From a virus (taxonomy: Duplodnaviria; Caudoviricetes), in IMG/VR virus record IMGVR_UViG_3300033514_000249, positions 1 through 43,311 of that record: a DNA stretch of 43,311 nucleotides, one strand, 5' to 3'. The notes beneath the pieces were generated by a model. The model was not told the origin of the DNA. It did not search any database and was given only the letters and a program-made list of their open reading frames with translations. The translations under genes and the position numbers were made by a program. Below, one piece after another: positions 43,192 through 43,311 of this stretch. Within the stretch, counting starts at the first letter, position 1. Each line of letters begins with the position of its first letter.

Positions 43192-43311
43192 TCGATCACC
43201 CAGGCCCGCAATCTGGCGCGCGGACTGTATCCCGTGCGGTTGGAGACGGAAGGGTTGGAAATGGCCGTGCGCGAGTTGGCGTCGAACCTCGGGCAGCGCT
43301 TCGGAATCCCA
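43192..43311 (+). other. GC-rich foreign fragment encoding part of a sensor histidine kinase; likely chimeric contig end
   Basis: Abrupt composition shift; translates SITQARNLARGLYPVRLETEGLEMAVRELASNLGQRFGIP. Confidence 0.7.

Noticed and set aside
43192-43311. Prophage-host junction
   Set aside because: The break falls inside a gene, there is no att or integrase, and the GC content conflicts with the other host signals.

Overview
A very AT-rich fragment of a large (jumbo/mega-type) tailed phage genome in the standard genetic code. The host is probably a Bacteroidota bacterium, judged from TTTG-N19-20-TATCTTTG promoters, Bacteroidota-style lipoproteins and a Bacteroidota-like GluRS. Positions 1-3.6 kb hold a tRNA array with a group I intron in tRNA-Arg(UCU), two free-standing homing endonucleases, rare A34 tRNAs and tRNAs with the 'wrong' variable arm. 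The array also has two tRNA-like genes (CCU and UCU anticodon loops) in which the anticodon hairpin comes BEFORE the D-loop sequence. Positions 8.4-17.4 kb are a minus-strand block under host-type promoters: radical SAM, nucleotidyltransferase, ATP-grasp, cyclic-phosphate receiver, NusG and NadE. Most other genes follow a TT(A/T)ATATATA motif, and about 28 begin with a leader resembling the T4 capsid-targeting sequence (MKxFxxFxNES). These include GluRS (fused to a ValRS-type coiled coil), DeoC, two deoxyribosyltransferase-like paralogs, an amidoligase and ankyrin proteins, which suggests a large injected virion cargo. The window also has a C-terminal-half family B DNA polymerase and two TnpB genes, one in a precisely delimitable IS that splits a gene. 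The last ~120 bp are GC-rich foreign sequence, probably an assembly chimera. All calls come from reading by eye; no searches were run.
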